DNA from: Thermoplasmatota archaeon
GTDB taxonomy: Archaea; Thermoplasmatota; E2; DHVEG-1
Length of the DNA stretch: 41,294 nucleotides
Assembly: GCA_038740425.1 (NCBI GenBank)
Contig: JAVYLV010000003.1
Location: forward strand, 1-41,294
Direction: 5' to 3'
In this document: positions 21,990 through 31,582 of the stretch, piece after piece
Layout: every line of letters begins with the position of its first letter
Numbering within the stretch: the stretch's first letter is position 1
Notes under the pieces: model-generated
Database searches by the model: none
Told to the model about the DNA's origin: nothing
Seen by the model: only the letters and a program-made list of their open reading frames with translations
Program-made: the position numbers and the translations under genes

Positions 21990-22823
21990 TTGTTTTATTT
22001 TCTTTTATTTGTCTCTGCTGGATTGAATGATGGGATGAGTAAAACGTTGTTACCGGTAGTCTTTAGACATGGTTTTATACTTAAACGTACACGTTTTATA
22101 GAGATTGATATACTTCGTGGTGTCTGTGTGTTTTTAATGGTTCTTCTGCATATATGGTGGGATCTGGAGTATTTCAAGATTTTAAAGGTGGATAGAGGTG
22201 TTTATCAGCTTCAGCATATTGTAGCGCCGTTGTTTTTTGTATTGATGGGTATGTGTCTTATAATCACGTATTCGCAGTATAAGCGAGAGTGTAAGAATTT
22301 CTATTATCATGCTATATTCCGGGGTTTGTACATATTTGCTCTAGGCTTGTTTTTATCTCTTATCAGTTTTGTTGTGATACCTGATCGGCCTATCTATTTT
22401 GGTGTGTTGCATTGTATAGGGTTATCTATAATATTCTGCTTGCCTTTTCTGAGATTACAGGTTTATTCTATAGTTTTCGCGGTGTTTTTTATCTGTACTG
22501 GTTTTGTACTTGGTTCGTTACCTATGAGGGAGGCAGGTATTATTCATATAGTGGTTGGTATTCACCCTCAGGGTATGTATCGGTATACGGTTGATTATTT
22601 CCCTCTTTTACCATGGTTAGGGGTAGCGTTGTTGGGTGTTGCTATTGGTAGTATGCTTTATAGGAATGGTGAACGATGTTTTAGTATCCCTGATTTATCG
22701 AGGTATAGGTCTGTGTTTCCGTTTTCATGGTTGGGTAGACATTCGCTAGTGGTGTATCTTCTGCATCAGCCTGTTATTGTTGGTTTTATCCAGGGTTTTT
22801 TGTATCTTTCACGTGCCATATAG
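21990..22823 (+). CDS. Integral membrane protein, DUF1624/HGSNAT-like acyltransferase family (tentative)
   Basis: The segment FIEIDILRGVCVFLMVLLHIWWDLEYF followed by about 8 TM helices resembles DUF1624. The start is uncertain (TTG at 21990 or an internal ATG). Confidence 0.45.
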   Translation: MFYFLLFVSAGLNDGMSKTLLPVVFRHGFILKRTRFIEIDILRGVCVFLMVLLHIWWDLEYFKILKVDRGVYQLQHIVAPLFFVLMGMCLIITYSQYKRECKNFYYHAIFRGLYIFALGLFLSLISFVVIPDRPIYFGVLHCIGLSIIFCLPFLRLQVYSIVFAVFFICTGFVLGSLPMREAGIIHIVVGIHPQGMYRYTVDYFPLLPWLGVALLGVAIGSMLYRNGERCFSIPDLSRYRSVFPFSWLGRHSLVVYLLHQPVIVGFIQGFLYLSRAI

Positions 22824-22868
22824 GTCTCGTTTTTTTCGTATGTTTTTGTTTTAATTAGTTATTATTAT

Positions 22869-23909
22869 ATGTTGGATCGAGGATTATCCTATTCTGTTAT
22901 AGGTAGGAGTGACATGGTTTACTCATTGCGAGATAGATTGTTATCGTTAGATGGTAAGGGTGTTATAATTCATCATTGGGATACTGATGGTATATGTTCA
23001 ACGTGTTTATTATTAGAGTTATTAAGGGGGAAGGATGTAGTTAATCATACACCTATAATAGGTAATTATTATCTGACTGGTGATGAGATGCGGTTATACA
23101 GTTCTTTTAACTATGTTATAGTAGTTGATCTAGCATTGCCTAGAGAGCAGGTTTTGTCTCTTGCTAAAGATAAGGTTGTATATGTTTTTGATCATCATGT
23201 ACAGGATAAAATGGGGGGTGTTAATCAGTATAATCCTATAGTTGATGGTGGTAGGGTTGAGGAGTATCCTTCAGCTAGTTGGGTTGTTAATACTAATCTG
23301 CAGAATGCTGTTAATATATACGCTTTGTTAGGTGTTGTTGGTGATCTTGAGGAACGTGTTAACTCTAATCCTAGTTTTGCTCAGTTGATTAATATGTATT
23401 GCATTAAGAATAAGTTAAGATTTGAGGATCTTTTATTGATGGTGTATCTACTTGATTCTAATTATAAGGTTGGTGATCGTTTAGCGGTTGAGAGGGCGCC
23501 TGTTGAGTTGTTAGGGTATAAGTATCCCTCTGAGATTCTTGCTAATATTAAATGGCAACAGAATAAAAGGCTGGTTGATCGTGAGGTGTCTAGGCTTTTA
23601 TCTCAGGGTTTTGAGGAGTGTAAAGGTGTTTTGTTGAAGAGGATTAGTACTTCTTATAATGTTATATCTACTGTTACAAGGCGTTTGTTTGCTGAGACTG
23701 GTAGGGACGTGGTGGTTGTTAATACTGGTTTCTCTGGTGATTATGATCAGGTTTATGTGCGTGGTGGTAAGGTTATGACGCCTTTGATTAATAAGGGTTT
23801 ATCTTTGGGTTTTAGATCTGGTGGTAAGTTTGATGTTATGGGTGCTGTTGTGCCTAAGGGTGAATCTGAGTCTTTTGTTAGGTATATAGTTGATTATTTA
23901 TCATCATGA
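22869..23909 (+). CDS. DHH-family phosphoesterase
   Basis: 346 aa with motif I HHWDTDGICS and motif III VFDHH. A degenerate DHHA1-like GGK sits near the C-terminus. Confidence 0.6.
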   Translation: MLDRGLSYSVIGRSDMVYSLRDRLLSLDGKGVIIHHWDTDGICSTCLLLELLRGKDVVNHTPIIGNYYLTGDEMRLYSSFNYVIVVDLALPREQVLSLAKDKVVYVFDHHVQDKMGGVNQYNPIVDGGRVEEYPSASWVVNTNLQNAVNIYALLGVVGDLEERVNSNPSFAQLINMYCIKNKLRFEDLLLMVYLLDSNYKVGDRLAVERAPVELLGYKYPSEILANIKWQQNKRLVDREVSRLLSQGFEECKGVLLKRISTSYNVISTVTRRLFAETGRDVVVVNTGFSGDYDQVYVRGGKVMTPLINKGLSLGFRSGGKFDVMGAVVPKGESESFVRYIVDYLSS

Positions 23910-23957
23910 TTGGTGTATGGTTAATTTTTTTAACTAGCCTTGTTTATCCTTTTGTTT

Positions 23958-24182
23958 GTGTGCTTGGCTATACCTGGTAGGGTTGTTAAGATTGATCATA
24001 GTACTCAGCATGCTGTTGTTGATTATGGTAGGGGTACTAGGCGTACTGTGAATATATCACTTGTTGATGTTAAGGTTAATGATTATGTGCTAGTACATGC
24101 TGGTTTTGCTATACAGGTGCTTGATGAGAAAGAGGCTAAAGAGACCCTGGATTTGTTCCGTGAGATGCTATCATCAGGGTGA
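23958..24182 (+). CDS. hypC: [NiFe]-hydrogenase maturation chaperone HypC
   Basis: The sequence MCLAIPGRVVKI is obtained when GTG at 23958 is used as the start. HypC family members need Cys as residue 2, so the TTG at 23940 given by the ORF track is probably too far upstream. Confidence 0.85.
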   Translation: MCLAIPGRVVKIDHSTQHAVVDYGRGTRRTVNISLVDVKVNDYVLVHAGFAIQVLDEKEAKETLDLFREMLSSG

Positions 24183-24194
24183 CTTTGAGGGGGT

Positions 24195-25283
24195 TTGGTT
24201 TTTTTGTTTTCGTATAATGATAAGGTTATGGCGCAGAGGATTGTTTCTAGTATTAGGGATCTAGGTGTTCATGCTAGGTTCATGCATGTATGTGGTACAC
24301 ATCAGGATACCATTGTTAAACATGGTTTAGATGCTATGCTTAGGGATTGTGGTGTGGATATCACGCAGGGTCCTGGGTGTCCTGTGTGTGTTACTACGCC
24401 TTTGGAGATTGAAGAGGCGATACAGCTTGCTCGTGGTGGGAAGATTATAACAAGCTTTGGTGATATGATACGTGTACCTGGTTTACAGTGTTGCCTTCAA
24501 GATATGAATGCTCAGGGTTGTGATGTTCGCACTGTTTATAGTATTGAGGATGCTGTGGGTATATCTAGATCTAACAAGGATAGAGAAGTGGTTTTTGTAG
24601 CTGTGGGTTTTGAGACTACTGCTCCTACTACAGCTTCTGTGCTTTTATCTGATCCTCCTAGTAATTTTTCTGTGTTGTGTTGTCATCGTCTCATACCGCC
24701 AGCGTTGAAGGCTATTCTTGATATGGGTGAGATTCGTATTGATGGTTTTATAGAGCCTGGTCATGTTTCTACTGTTATAGGTTCAAAGCCTTATGAGTGT
24801 ATCACTGAGCGTTATCGTATCCCTCAGGTTATAGCTGGTTTTGAGCCTTTGGATGTTTTGATGGGTGTTTATATGCTTGCTAAGATGTTTAAGGATGGTG
24901 AAGCAAGGGTTGTTAATGAGTATAAGCGTGCTGTTAGATCTGAGGGGAATGTTAAGGCTCAGCGTGTCGTGGATATGGTTTTTAGTAGGTGCGGTGTTAA
25001 ATGGCGTGGTTTCCCTGTTATAGATGATTCTGGTTTGGCTTTGCGTAGGGGTTTTAGTAGGTATGATGCTAGGTTGCTTTTTGAGGATGAGTTAGAAGAG
25101 GTGTATAGTAGGGATTATGGGGAGCCGCCTGGTTGTAGATGTGGCGAGGTTCTGAGGGGTCTTTGCTCGTCTAGGGATTGTTCTTTGTTTGGTGTGGATT
25201 GTACGCCTGATCATCCTGTTGGTCCTTGTATGGTTAGTGTTGAGGGTAGCTGTCATATAGAGTATAGATATAGTAGTGTTTAG
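24195..25283 (+). CDS. hypD: [NiFe]-hydrogenase maturation protein HypD
   Basis: Motifs: CGTHQDTI, VGFETTAPT and EPGHVSTVIG, plus the C-terminal Cys-rich Fe-S region CRCGEVLRGLCSSRDCSLFGVDCTPDHPVGPCMVSVEGSC. The start is TTG at either 24195 or 24204. Confidence 0.9.
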   Translation: MVFLFSYNDKVMAQRIVSSIRDLGVHARFMHVCGTHQDTIVKHGLDAMLRDCGVDITQGPGCPVCVTTPLEIEEAIQLARGGKIITSFGDMIRVPGLQCCLQDMNAQGCDVRTVYSIEDAVGISRSNKDREVVFVAVGFETTAPTTASVLLSDPPSNFSVLCCHRLIPPALKAILDMGEIRIDGFIEPGHVSTVIGSKPYECITERYRIPQVIAGFEPLDVLMGVYMLAKMFKDGEARVVNEYKRAVRSEGNVKAQRVVDMVFSRCGVKWRGFPVIDDSGLALRRGFSRYDARLLFEDELEEVYSRDYGEPPGCRCGEVLRGLCSSRDCSLFGVDCTPDHPVGPCMVSVEGSCHIEYRYSSV

Positions 25284-25347
25284 TTTTGTATGTTTATCAT
25301 GTTTTATGTTTTAAGATGAATCAGGGAATGTAAAAATTATAGAAAAG

Positions 25348-25396
25348 TATATAAACCAATTTTGTATTATGTATTAGATTGTAATAATTATAATTT
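25348..25396 (+). promoter_or_regulatory. Candidate archaeal promoter (TATA box TATATAAA at 25348-25355 with purine-rich BRE-like flank) and Fur/PerR-box-like AT palindrome
   Basis: TATATAAA is preceded by AGAAAAG. TAATAATTATAATTT at 25382-25396 matches 10 of 14 positions of the PerR box TTATAATNATTATAA, with core palindrome ATAATTAT at 25384-25391. It sits about where transcription would begin, 34-48 nt before the perR-like ATG. AT-rich context makes chance matches likely. Confidence 0.3.
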
Positions 25397-25429
25397 AGTA
25401 TTGTTTGTTAAAAAGCAGGAGTGTATCTG

Positions 25430-25843
25430 ATGATGTTTGACAAATATATACAATTGTTGAAGGATCATAACTTGAAGATAACACATCAAAGATTAGAAGT
25501 GCTAAGATATCTAGATGAACACAGGGATCATCCAACAGTAGAGAAGATATACACTGCATTAAAAAAAAGAGAACCATCATTATCAAAAACAACGGTCTAT
25601 AACGCTGTAGATAAACTAAAAGAAGAAGGGGTTATACAAGCGATCAACATATCAGGAGAGTTAAGATATGATATCAAAAAAGATATGCATCATCATTTCC
25701 TATGCACAGTATGCGGATCAATCATAGATATAGATATATCATGCCAGAACATAGACAAGATAACAAAACAAGGATACGTAATCAAAGAAGTACATGGGTA
25801 TTTCAAAGGTAGATGTAAAGAATGCCAAGGGATGAAGGAGTAG
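25430..25843 (+). CDS. Fur-family metalloregulator, PerR-like
   Basis: The protein begins [28 protein letters not shown]. It has the [10 protein letters not shown] motif and a C-terminal CKEC. An AGGAG SD lies 8 nt before ATG 25430; the ORF track opens at GTG 25421. Confidence 0.8.
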   Translation: MMFDKYIQLLKDHNLKITHQRLEVLRYLDEHRDHPTVEKIYTALKKREPSLSKTTVYNAVDKLKEEGVIQAINISGELRYDIKKDMHHHFLCTVCGSIIDIDISCQNIDKITKQGYVIKEVHGYFKGRCKECQGMKE

Positions 25844-25847
25844 AAAA

Positions 25848-26546
25848 ATGAACGAGAGGACATTACATAAGATATCATATGGTTTGTACGTAATCTGCTC
25901 AAAGAAAAATGGTAAAATAAACGGTCAGATAGCTAACGCATTATTCCAAGTAACAGCAGATCCACCAACAATAGCTGTAAGCATAAACAAGAAGAACCTT
26001 ACACATAGTTACATAGAAGAAAGTAGAGCATTAACCATATCGATACTATCCAAAGAAACACCGTTGACATTTATAGGTAAATTCGGGTTTAAATCAGGTA
26101 GAGACATAGATAAATTCAAAGATACTAATTATAAGACAGGTGGAACAGGTGCACCCATAGTACTAGACTATACTATAGGTTACATCGAAGCATCAATGAT
26201 AGATAGGATAGACATAGGTTCACATACTATATTCATAGCTAAGGTTACAGAGGCTGAGATACTAAAAGATGATGATGATGTTTTAACATATGAATACTAC
26301 CATAAGATAAAAGGTGGTTATTCGCCTAAAACCGCGCCTACATACAGCGCTATGGTGGATAAAATAAAAAAAAAGGAGGAGAAAAAAATGGATAGGTATG
26401 TATGCACAGTATGTGGATACGTGTACGACCCGGCTAAAGGAGACCCTGATAATGGTGTACCAGCTAAGACTAGATTTGAGGATCTACCAGATGATTGGGT
26501 CTGCCCTATATGCGGAGCTGGGAAAGAAGCATTTGAGAAACAATAA
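25848..26546 (+). CDS. Flavin-reductase-domain / rubredoxin fusion (high-molecular-weight rubredoxin, Hrb-like)
   Basis: 232 aa. The N-terminal ~170 aa form a flavin-reductase-like domain ([30 protein letters not shown]). A Lys/Glu linker follows. The C-terminal part is a canonical rubredoxin: [12 protein letters not shown]...[17 protein letters not shown]. Confidence 0.8.
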   Translation: MNERTLHKISYGLYVICSKKNGKINGQIANALFQVTADPPTIAVSINKKNLTHSYIEESRALTISILSKETPLTFIGKFGFKSGRDIDKFKDTNYKTGGTGAPIVLDYTIGYIEASMIDRIDIGSHTIFIAKVTEAEILKDDDDVLTYEYYHKIKGGYSPKTAPTYSAMVDKIKKKEEKKMDRYVCTVCGYVYDPAKGDPDNGVPAKTRFEDLPDDWVCPICGAGKEAFEKQ

Positions 26547-26580
26547 AAAAAGATGAATAAAACAAATGAGGAAAGGGCAT

Positions 26581-26739
26581 ATGTGTAATAGTTGTGGTTG
26601 TGAGACAAAAGGTATGAGAATACAGTACCAATGCGACTGCAAGAATGAGGATTGTGTTTGTGGTTCTATAATAGAGTTTGAGAGAGAACCAAAAGCATCT
26701 CCTTATTGTTGTGGTGTGCCAATGAAGAGGATAAAATAG
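26581..26739 (+). CDS. Small cysteine-rich protein (52 aa), putative metal-binding; not in the supplied ORF track
   Basis: ATG 26581 to TAG 26737-26739 encodes MCNSCGCETKGMRIQYQCDCKNEDCVCGSIIEFEREPKASPYCCGVPMKRIK (10 Cys). GAGGAAAGGG lies just upstream. It fills the only gap in a tightly packed co-directional cluster. Confidence 0.5.
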   Translation: MCNSCGCETKGMRIQYQCDCKNEDCVCGSIIEFEREPKASPYCCGVPMKRIK

Positions 26740-26761
26740 AAGGATAAAAAGAGGTGAAATT

Positions 26762-27295
26762 ATGGTGAAGAAAAAAAATATAAAAATAAAGATGAATAAA
26801 GGTAAAAACATTAAAACAAAAGCACAACCAGTTGTATGGAATCCTTTTGAGATGATACCTGGTGATGTTAACAGGTTGTTCACGATGGACCCATGGGAAC
26901 CTGGATCGTTACTACGTCATTGGGGATGGCGGCGCCCATGGGGTGGATTATGGTTAGGCAGGGACATGAAAGAGATACCAATAGACATAATAGATACTGG
27001 TGATAAATTCAAGATAGTAGCTGAGATGCCTGGTGTGAACAAGGATGATATAGAAGTGACGGTTACGCCTAGAAACATAAGCATATGTGGTAAAATCGAG
27101 AGGGAAGAGACAGAGGAGGATGAAGGGTACATTAGAAGAGAACGGAGTTATTCAACATTATGTAGAAACATGACGTTCCCAGCTGAGGTCAATCCTGATG
27201 AGGCTGATGCTACACTTAAGGATGGTATACTAGAGGTAACAATAAATAAAAAAGAACCAACAAAGAGTAACGAACGCAGGATAACAGTGAAATAG
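26762..27295 (+). CDS. Small heat-shock protein, Hsp20/alpha-crystallin family
   Basis: The alpha-crystallin core is IDIIDTGDKFKIVAEMPGVNKDDIEVTVTPRNISICG...ATLKDGILEVTINKK. The N-terminus is Lys-rich. An AGAGGTGA SD lies 4 nt upstream. Confidence 0.85.
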   Translation: MVKKKNIKIKMNKGKNIKTKAQPVVWNPFEMIPGDVNRLFTMDPWEPGSLLRHWGWRRPWGGLWLGRDMKEIPIDIIDTGDKFKIVAEMPGVNKDDIEVTVTPRNISICGKIEREETEEDEGYIRRERSYSTLCRNMTFPAEVNPDEADATLKDGILEVTINKKEPTKSNERRITVK

Positions 27296-27309
27296 GGAGG
27301 GCTATATTT

Positions 27310-27804
27310 ATGATGAAAGCTAAAATAGAGAATACGTTGAATAAACAGATAAACGCTGAGTTATACTCAGCTTACCTATACTTATCAATGTCGGCGTATT
27401 TTGAATCCATAAATCTAAGTGGTTTTGCTCATTGGATGCGTGTACAAGCAAAGGAAGAGGTGGGTCATGCTATGAGGATCTACGATCATGTAGTTGAACG
27501 TCTAGGTAGGGTTAACCTATCAGGTATAGCTAACCCGCCTGCGTCATGGAAGTCACCGCTTAATGCTTTTGAGGATGCGTATAAACATGAACAAAAGGTT
27601 ACAAGGATGATACATGATTTGGTGGATCTTGCTAGACAAGAGAAGGATCATGCTACTGAGAGTATGCTTCAATGGTTCATAGATGAACAAGTGGAGGAGG
27701 AGAACCAGACTGATGTGATAGTACAGAAACTAAGACTCATAAAGGATAACACTAATGGTTTATTCATGCTGGATCATGAACTAGGTAAAAGAAAAGAGGA
27801 ATAA
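27310..27804 (+). CDS. Ferritin (non-haem, Ftn-like)
   Basis: 164 aa. LNKQINAELYSAYLYLSMSAYFE...HWMRVQAKEEVGHAMRIYDHV carries the ferroxidase-centre Glu/His pattern. Confidence 0.85.
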   Translation: MMKAKIENTLNKQINAELYSAYLYLSMSAYFESINLSGFAHWMRVQAKEEVGHAMRIYDHVVERLGRVNLSGIANPPASWKSPLNAFEDAYKHEQKVTRMIHDLVDLARQEKDHATESMLQWFIDEQVEEENQTDVIVQKLRLIKDNTNGLFMLDHELGKRKEE

Positions 27805-27824
27805 AAGAGAGGTGAAATTTAGAT

Positions 27825-28424
27825 ATGGAAAAGGCAGAGGTTAAAACAATAAATAATATTAGAGGTACACAGACTGAAAAGAACTTGTTAGCAGCGTTCG
27901 CAGGTGAATCACAAGCTAGGAATAGATACACCTACTTTGCTTCACAAGCGAGAAAGGAGAACTACGAGCAGATAGCCGCTATATTCGAAGAGACATCTGA
28001 TAATGAGAAGGAGCATGCTAAGGTATTCTTCAAATACCTACAGGGTGGTATGGTGAAGATAACAGCTGAGTACCCTGCTGGTATGATAAGCTCAACAAAG
28101 GATAATCTAAGAGAAGCTGCTGATGGTGAAAAGATGGAATGGGGTACATTATACCCTGATTTCGCTGAGACAGCTGAACAGGAGGGGTTTCCAGAGGTAG
28201 CTAATAGTTTCCGTAACATAGCTAAGGTTGAAGCTGAACATGAAAAACGATACAGGAAACTGCTTGAGAATATAGAGAAAGGCAGGGTGTATAAGAGGGA
28301 TAAGATTGTCAGGTGGAAATGCAGGAACTGTGGTTATATACATGAAGGTAAAGAAGCACCTGTTAAATGCCCGGCTTGTCAACATCCACAGAGCTATTAT
28401 GAGCTATGGACCGAGCCTTACTAA
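27825..28424 (+). CDS. rbr: Rubrerythrin
   Basis: 199 aa. The diiron four-helix domain reads [26 protein letters not shown]...EKEHAKVF...EAEHEKRY. The C-terminal rubredoxin-like motif is CRNCGY...CPACQ. Confidence 0.9.
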   Translation: MEKAEVKTINNIRGTQTEKNLLAAFAGESQARNRYTYFASQARKENYEQIAAIFEETSDNEKEHAKVFFKYLQGGMVKITAEYPAGMISSTKDNLREAADGEKMEWGTLYPDFAETAEQEGFPEVANSFRNIAKVEAEHEKRYRKLLENIEKGRVYKRDKIVRWKCRNCGYIHEGKEAPVKCPACQHPQSYYELWTEPY

Positions 28425-28451
28425 GAATAGATAAGGAGGATTAGATAGGAT

Positions 28452-28829
28452 ATGACTCAGCTTAGAGAGATATATAAATGCGGGATATGCGGTAACATAG
28501 TAGAGGTTGTACACCCTGGTAAAGGTGAACTTGTATGCTGCAGTAAACCCATGATGCTCATGAAGGAGAATACCGTTGATGCCTCCAAGGAGAAGCACGT
28601 ACCTGTCATAGAGCATACCTCTAATGGTATAAGAGTCAAGGTAGGTTCAGCTCCTCATCCTATGGAGGAGAAACATTACATTGAATGGGTTGAAATTATA
28701 ATCGATGATGTCTCTTATAGGCGGTATCTGAAGCCTGGTGATAAACCCGAAGTCGAGTTCACAGTTAAAGGAAGGAGGGTAACCGCCAGGGAATATTGTA
28801 ATATACATGGTCTATGGGTGTCAAGCTAG
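28452..28829 (+). CDS. dfx: Desulfoferrodoxin (2Fe superoxide reductase)
   Basis: 125 aa. The N-terminal desulforedoxin motif is [23 protein letters not shown]. The C-terminal SOR domain contains KEKHVPVIE and ends in CNIHGLW. Confidence 0.9.
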   Translation: MTQLREIYKCGICGNIVEVVHPGKGELVCCSKPMMLMKENTVDASKEKHVPVIEHTSNGIRVKVGSAPHPMEEKHYIEWVEIIIDDVSYRRYLKPGDKPEVEFTVKGRRVTAREYCNIHGLWVSS

Positions 28830-28845
28830 TATAAAATTAACCCTC

Positions 28846-28862
28846 TTTTTCCAATTTTTTTT
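28846..28862 (+). terminator. Oligo-T archaeal terminator after the oxidative-stress cluster
   Basis: A T5 run (28846-28850) and a T8 run (28855-28862) lie within 35 nt of the dfx stop. Confidence 0.35.
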
Positions 28863-28963
28863 GTCTTATCTGACGAGGTTTAAATATTAAAAACCATTTT
28901 TACCTGTAGCCTTGATAGGTTAATTTTAACCTCTTATTACGTTATGTTTAGCTGGTTATTATT

Positions 28964-31582
28964 ATGAAGAGGATTATATACGCTGGCGAAGAACCATCAA
29001 CTAAGGATGTGCTAAGCAGGATAAAAAACAAGGAGGTTAAAGAATGGTTCTTCTCTAACTTCAAGGATTTCACACCTGCTCAGCGATACTCTTTATGTTA
29101 TATCTCCAAGGGGGAGAATGTGCTTATCACGTCTCCTACTGGTTCAGGTAAGACGCTTAGTGCTTTCTTGTTTTCTATTGATCATCTACTCACTTTAGCT
29201 AAAGAGGATAAGTTGGAGGATAAGGTCTATGTGTTGTATATCTCTCCTTTGAAGGCTTTGAATAATGACATACATAGGAACCTGGAGGAACCACTTAGGG
29301 AGATAAGTAGGATTAATCCTGCTGCCGGTAGGATAAGGGTTGCTGTGCGTACAGGTGATACTCCTCCTGATGAGAAATCTAGGATGCTTAGACGTGCTCC
29401 CCATATCCTTATAACAACACCTGAGAGTGTAGCTATATCTCTTAATGCTCCGAAATTCTCAGAGAAGTTACTTGATGTTAAATGGATAATAGTGGATGAG
29501 ATACATGCGTTATCTGATAATAAGAGGGGTGTGCATCTTTCTCTTTCTCTTGAGCGCTTAACATATAGGATGAAGAGGAAGCCTGTTAGGATTGGTTTAT
29601 CAGCTACTATTCATCCTCTGGATATGGTTGCTAGATTCTTAGTTGGATATGATGACCCTGATAAAGGCATACCTAGGGGGTGTATGATAGTTGATGTTAA
29701 CTATGCTAAAAGGATTGATTTAGCTGTTGTTTCACCTGTATCAGATTTCATCTATACATCATCTGATGCAATGAGTAAGAGGTTATATGAGAGTGTTTTA
29801 GATTATATAAAGAGTCATCGTACTACACTTGTATTCACTAATACTAGGAGTGCTACTGAGAGGGTTGTTTTTCATCTGAACCAGGTGTTGAATAACGGTG
29901 TAAGCGAGGATATAGGTGCTCACCATAGCTCCCTGTCTAGGGATGTGCGTCTTGAAGTTGAGAATAACCTTAAGAAAGGTAGATACAAAGCTGTTGTGAG
30001 TTCTACTAGCCTAGAGCTCGGTATAGATATAGGTTATATTGATCTTGTCTTGCTTATAGGTTCACCTAAAAGTGCTACAAGGGCGTTGCAGCGTATAGGG
30101 CGTAGCGGCCATAGGTTACATGAGGTGTCTAAGGGTAGGATTATAGTGTTGGATAGGGATGACTTGGTTGAATGTTGTGTACTAGCCAAGTATGCTAAGG
30201 AGAAGAAACTGGAGAGGTTGAAGATACCTACTAACTGTCTTGATGTACTAGTGCAGCATATTGTAGGTATGAGCCTGGAGAAGAGATGGAGGGTGGATGA
30301 AGCGTATAGACTGATCAGATCAGCTATGCCTTATCATCAGCTTAGCCTTGATGACTTCAAAGCCTTGTTGAGGTATCTAGCTGGTAACAAGAGTCTTGAG
30401 AAGAAGAGGGTCTATGGTAAGATATGGTACGATGAGGTTTCAGATGAATTTGGTAGAAGGGGGCGTATGACCAGGGCTATATATTATATGAATTCTGGTA
30501 CTATACCTGATGAGGTATCTGTTAAGGTGTATGATGATGATACCGGTAGATTTATAGGTAAGCTTGAGGAGGAGTTCATTGAACGTTTAACACCTGGTGA
30601 TATCTTCGTCCTAGGTGGTAAAACCTATGAGTTCAAAAAAATAAGAGGTATGAGGGCTTATGTGACGGGTCAGCCTACAAGAAAGCCTACTGTGCCTTCA
30701 TGGTTCTCAGAGATGCTTCCTTTACAGTATGATCTAGCTTTACGTATAACTGAGTTCAGGGATAAGATGAGGAGGATCATAGGTAAGGGTGAAGGGGCTG
30801 TTGATGATTATATAATGAGTTATCTTGATGTTGATGAGACATCTGCTAAGGCTATATACCAGTACTTCCATGAACAGTTTTCCCTCTCTGCTATACCTTC
30901 TAAAAATGAGTTGCTAGTTGAAGAGTTCATAGATGATGATGGTTTATACTGCTATGTCTTCCATTCATTGATAGGTAGAAGGGGTAACGATGCTATCAGT
31001 AGGGCTATAGCTTATCTCATAGCTAACAAGTGGAAGACTAGTGTACGTATAAGCGTGAATGATAACGGTTTCATGGTTACATGTAGAAAGAGGCTCAGTG
31101 AGGATTTTATAAAGGGTTTATTCGCGGATAACCTAGATGAGGTGTTGCCTAAAGCTATTTTGAATACTGAGATGTTTAAGAGACGTTTTAGACATGTAGC
31201 TGTAAGATCCTTCCTTATCCTTCGTAGATACGGTGAACATGTCAAGAGTGTTCATCATCAGCAGTTCGACGCTCAGATACTTATAAAGATGCTTAAGGAG
31301 AAAGACCCTGATTTCCCTGTGCTTAAAGAGACTTTCAGGGAGATAATGGAAGACAGCTTAGATATTGATAACGCTAGAGAGTACTGGTACAGGGTGAATA
31401 ACGGTGATGTAGATATAAAGCTGTTACATCTACCTATGCCTTCTCCTTTTGCTTTTAACATAGTAGCTGCTAGTGTATCAGATATAGTGCTGATGGCTGA
31501 TAGGAAAGAATACATTATAGAGCTACATAAGAGACTAGTTAGTATAATACGTGATAGACATGCCGTTCGTCCAGAGCTTTAG
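28964..31582 (+). CDS. lhr: Lhr-type (large helicase-related) DExH-box ATP-dependent helicase
   Basis: 872 aa. Motifs: Walker A TSPTGSGKT, the DEIH box (IIVDEIHAL), SAT, QRIGRSGH, and a long Lhr-type C-terminal domain. Confidence 0.85.
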   Translation: MKRIIYAGEEPSTKDVLSRIKNKEVKEWFFSNFKDFTPAQRYSLCYISKGENVLITSPTGSGKTLSAFLFSIDHLLTLAKEDKLEDKVYVLYISPLKALNNDIHRNLEEPLREISRINPAAGRIRVAVRTGDTPPDEKSRMLRRAPHILITTPESVAISLNAPKFSEKLLDVKWIIVDEIHALSDNKRGVHLSLSLERLTYRMKRKPVRIGLSATIHPLDMVARFLVGYDDPDKGIPRGCMIVDVNYAKRIDLAVVSPVSDFIYTSSDAMSKRLYESVLDYIKSHRTTLVFTNTRSATERVVFHLNQVLNNGVSEDIGAHHSSLSRDVRLEVENNLKKGRYKAVVSSTSLELGIDIGYIDLVLLIGSPKSATRALQRIGRSGHRLHEVSKGRIIVLDRDDLVECCVLAKYAKEKKLERLKIPTNCLDVLVQHIVGMSLEKRWRVDEAYRLIRSAMPYHQLSLDDFKALLRYLAGNKSLEKKRVYGKIWYDEVSDEFGRRGRMTRAIYYMNSGTIPDEVSVKVYDDDTGRFIGKLEEEFIERLTPGDIFVLGGKTYEFKKIRGMRAYVTGQPTRKPTVPSWFSEMLPLQYDLALRITEFRDKMRRIIGKGEGAVDDYIMSYLDVDETSAKAIYQYFHEQFSLSAIPSKNELLVEEFIDDDGLYCYVFHSLIGRRGNDAISRAIAYLIANKWKTSVRISVNDNGFMVTCRKRLSEDFIKGLFADNLDEVLPKAILNTEMFKRRFRHVAVRSFLILRRYGEHVKSVHHQQFDAQILIKMLKEKDPDFPVLKETFREIMEDSLDIDNAREYWYRVNNGDVDIKLLHLPMPSPFAFNIVAASVSDIVLMADRKEYIIELHKRLVSIIRDRHAVRPEL

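Noticed and set aside
26318-26883. Minus-strand ORFs 26318-26608 and 26506-26883
   Set aside because: They run antisense to the rubredoxin domain, the Cys-rich ORF and hsp20, all of which have motif and SD support on the plus strand. Their translations are poly-Phe/Ile from A-rich sense sequence.
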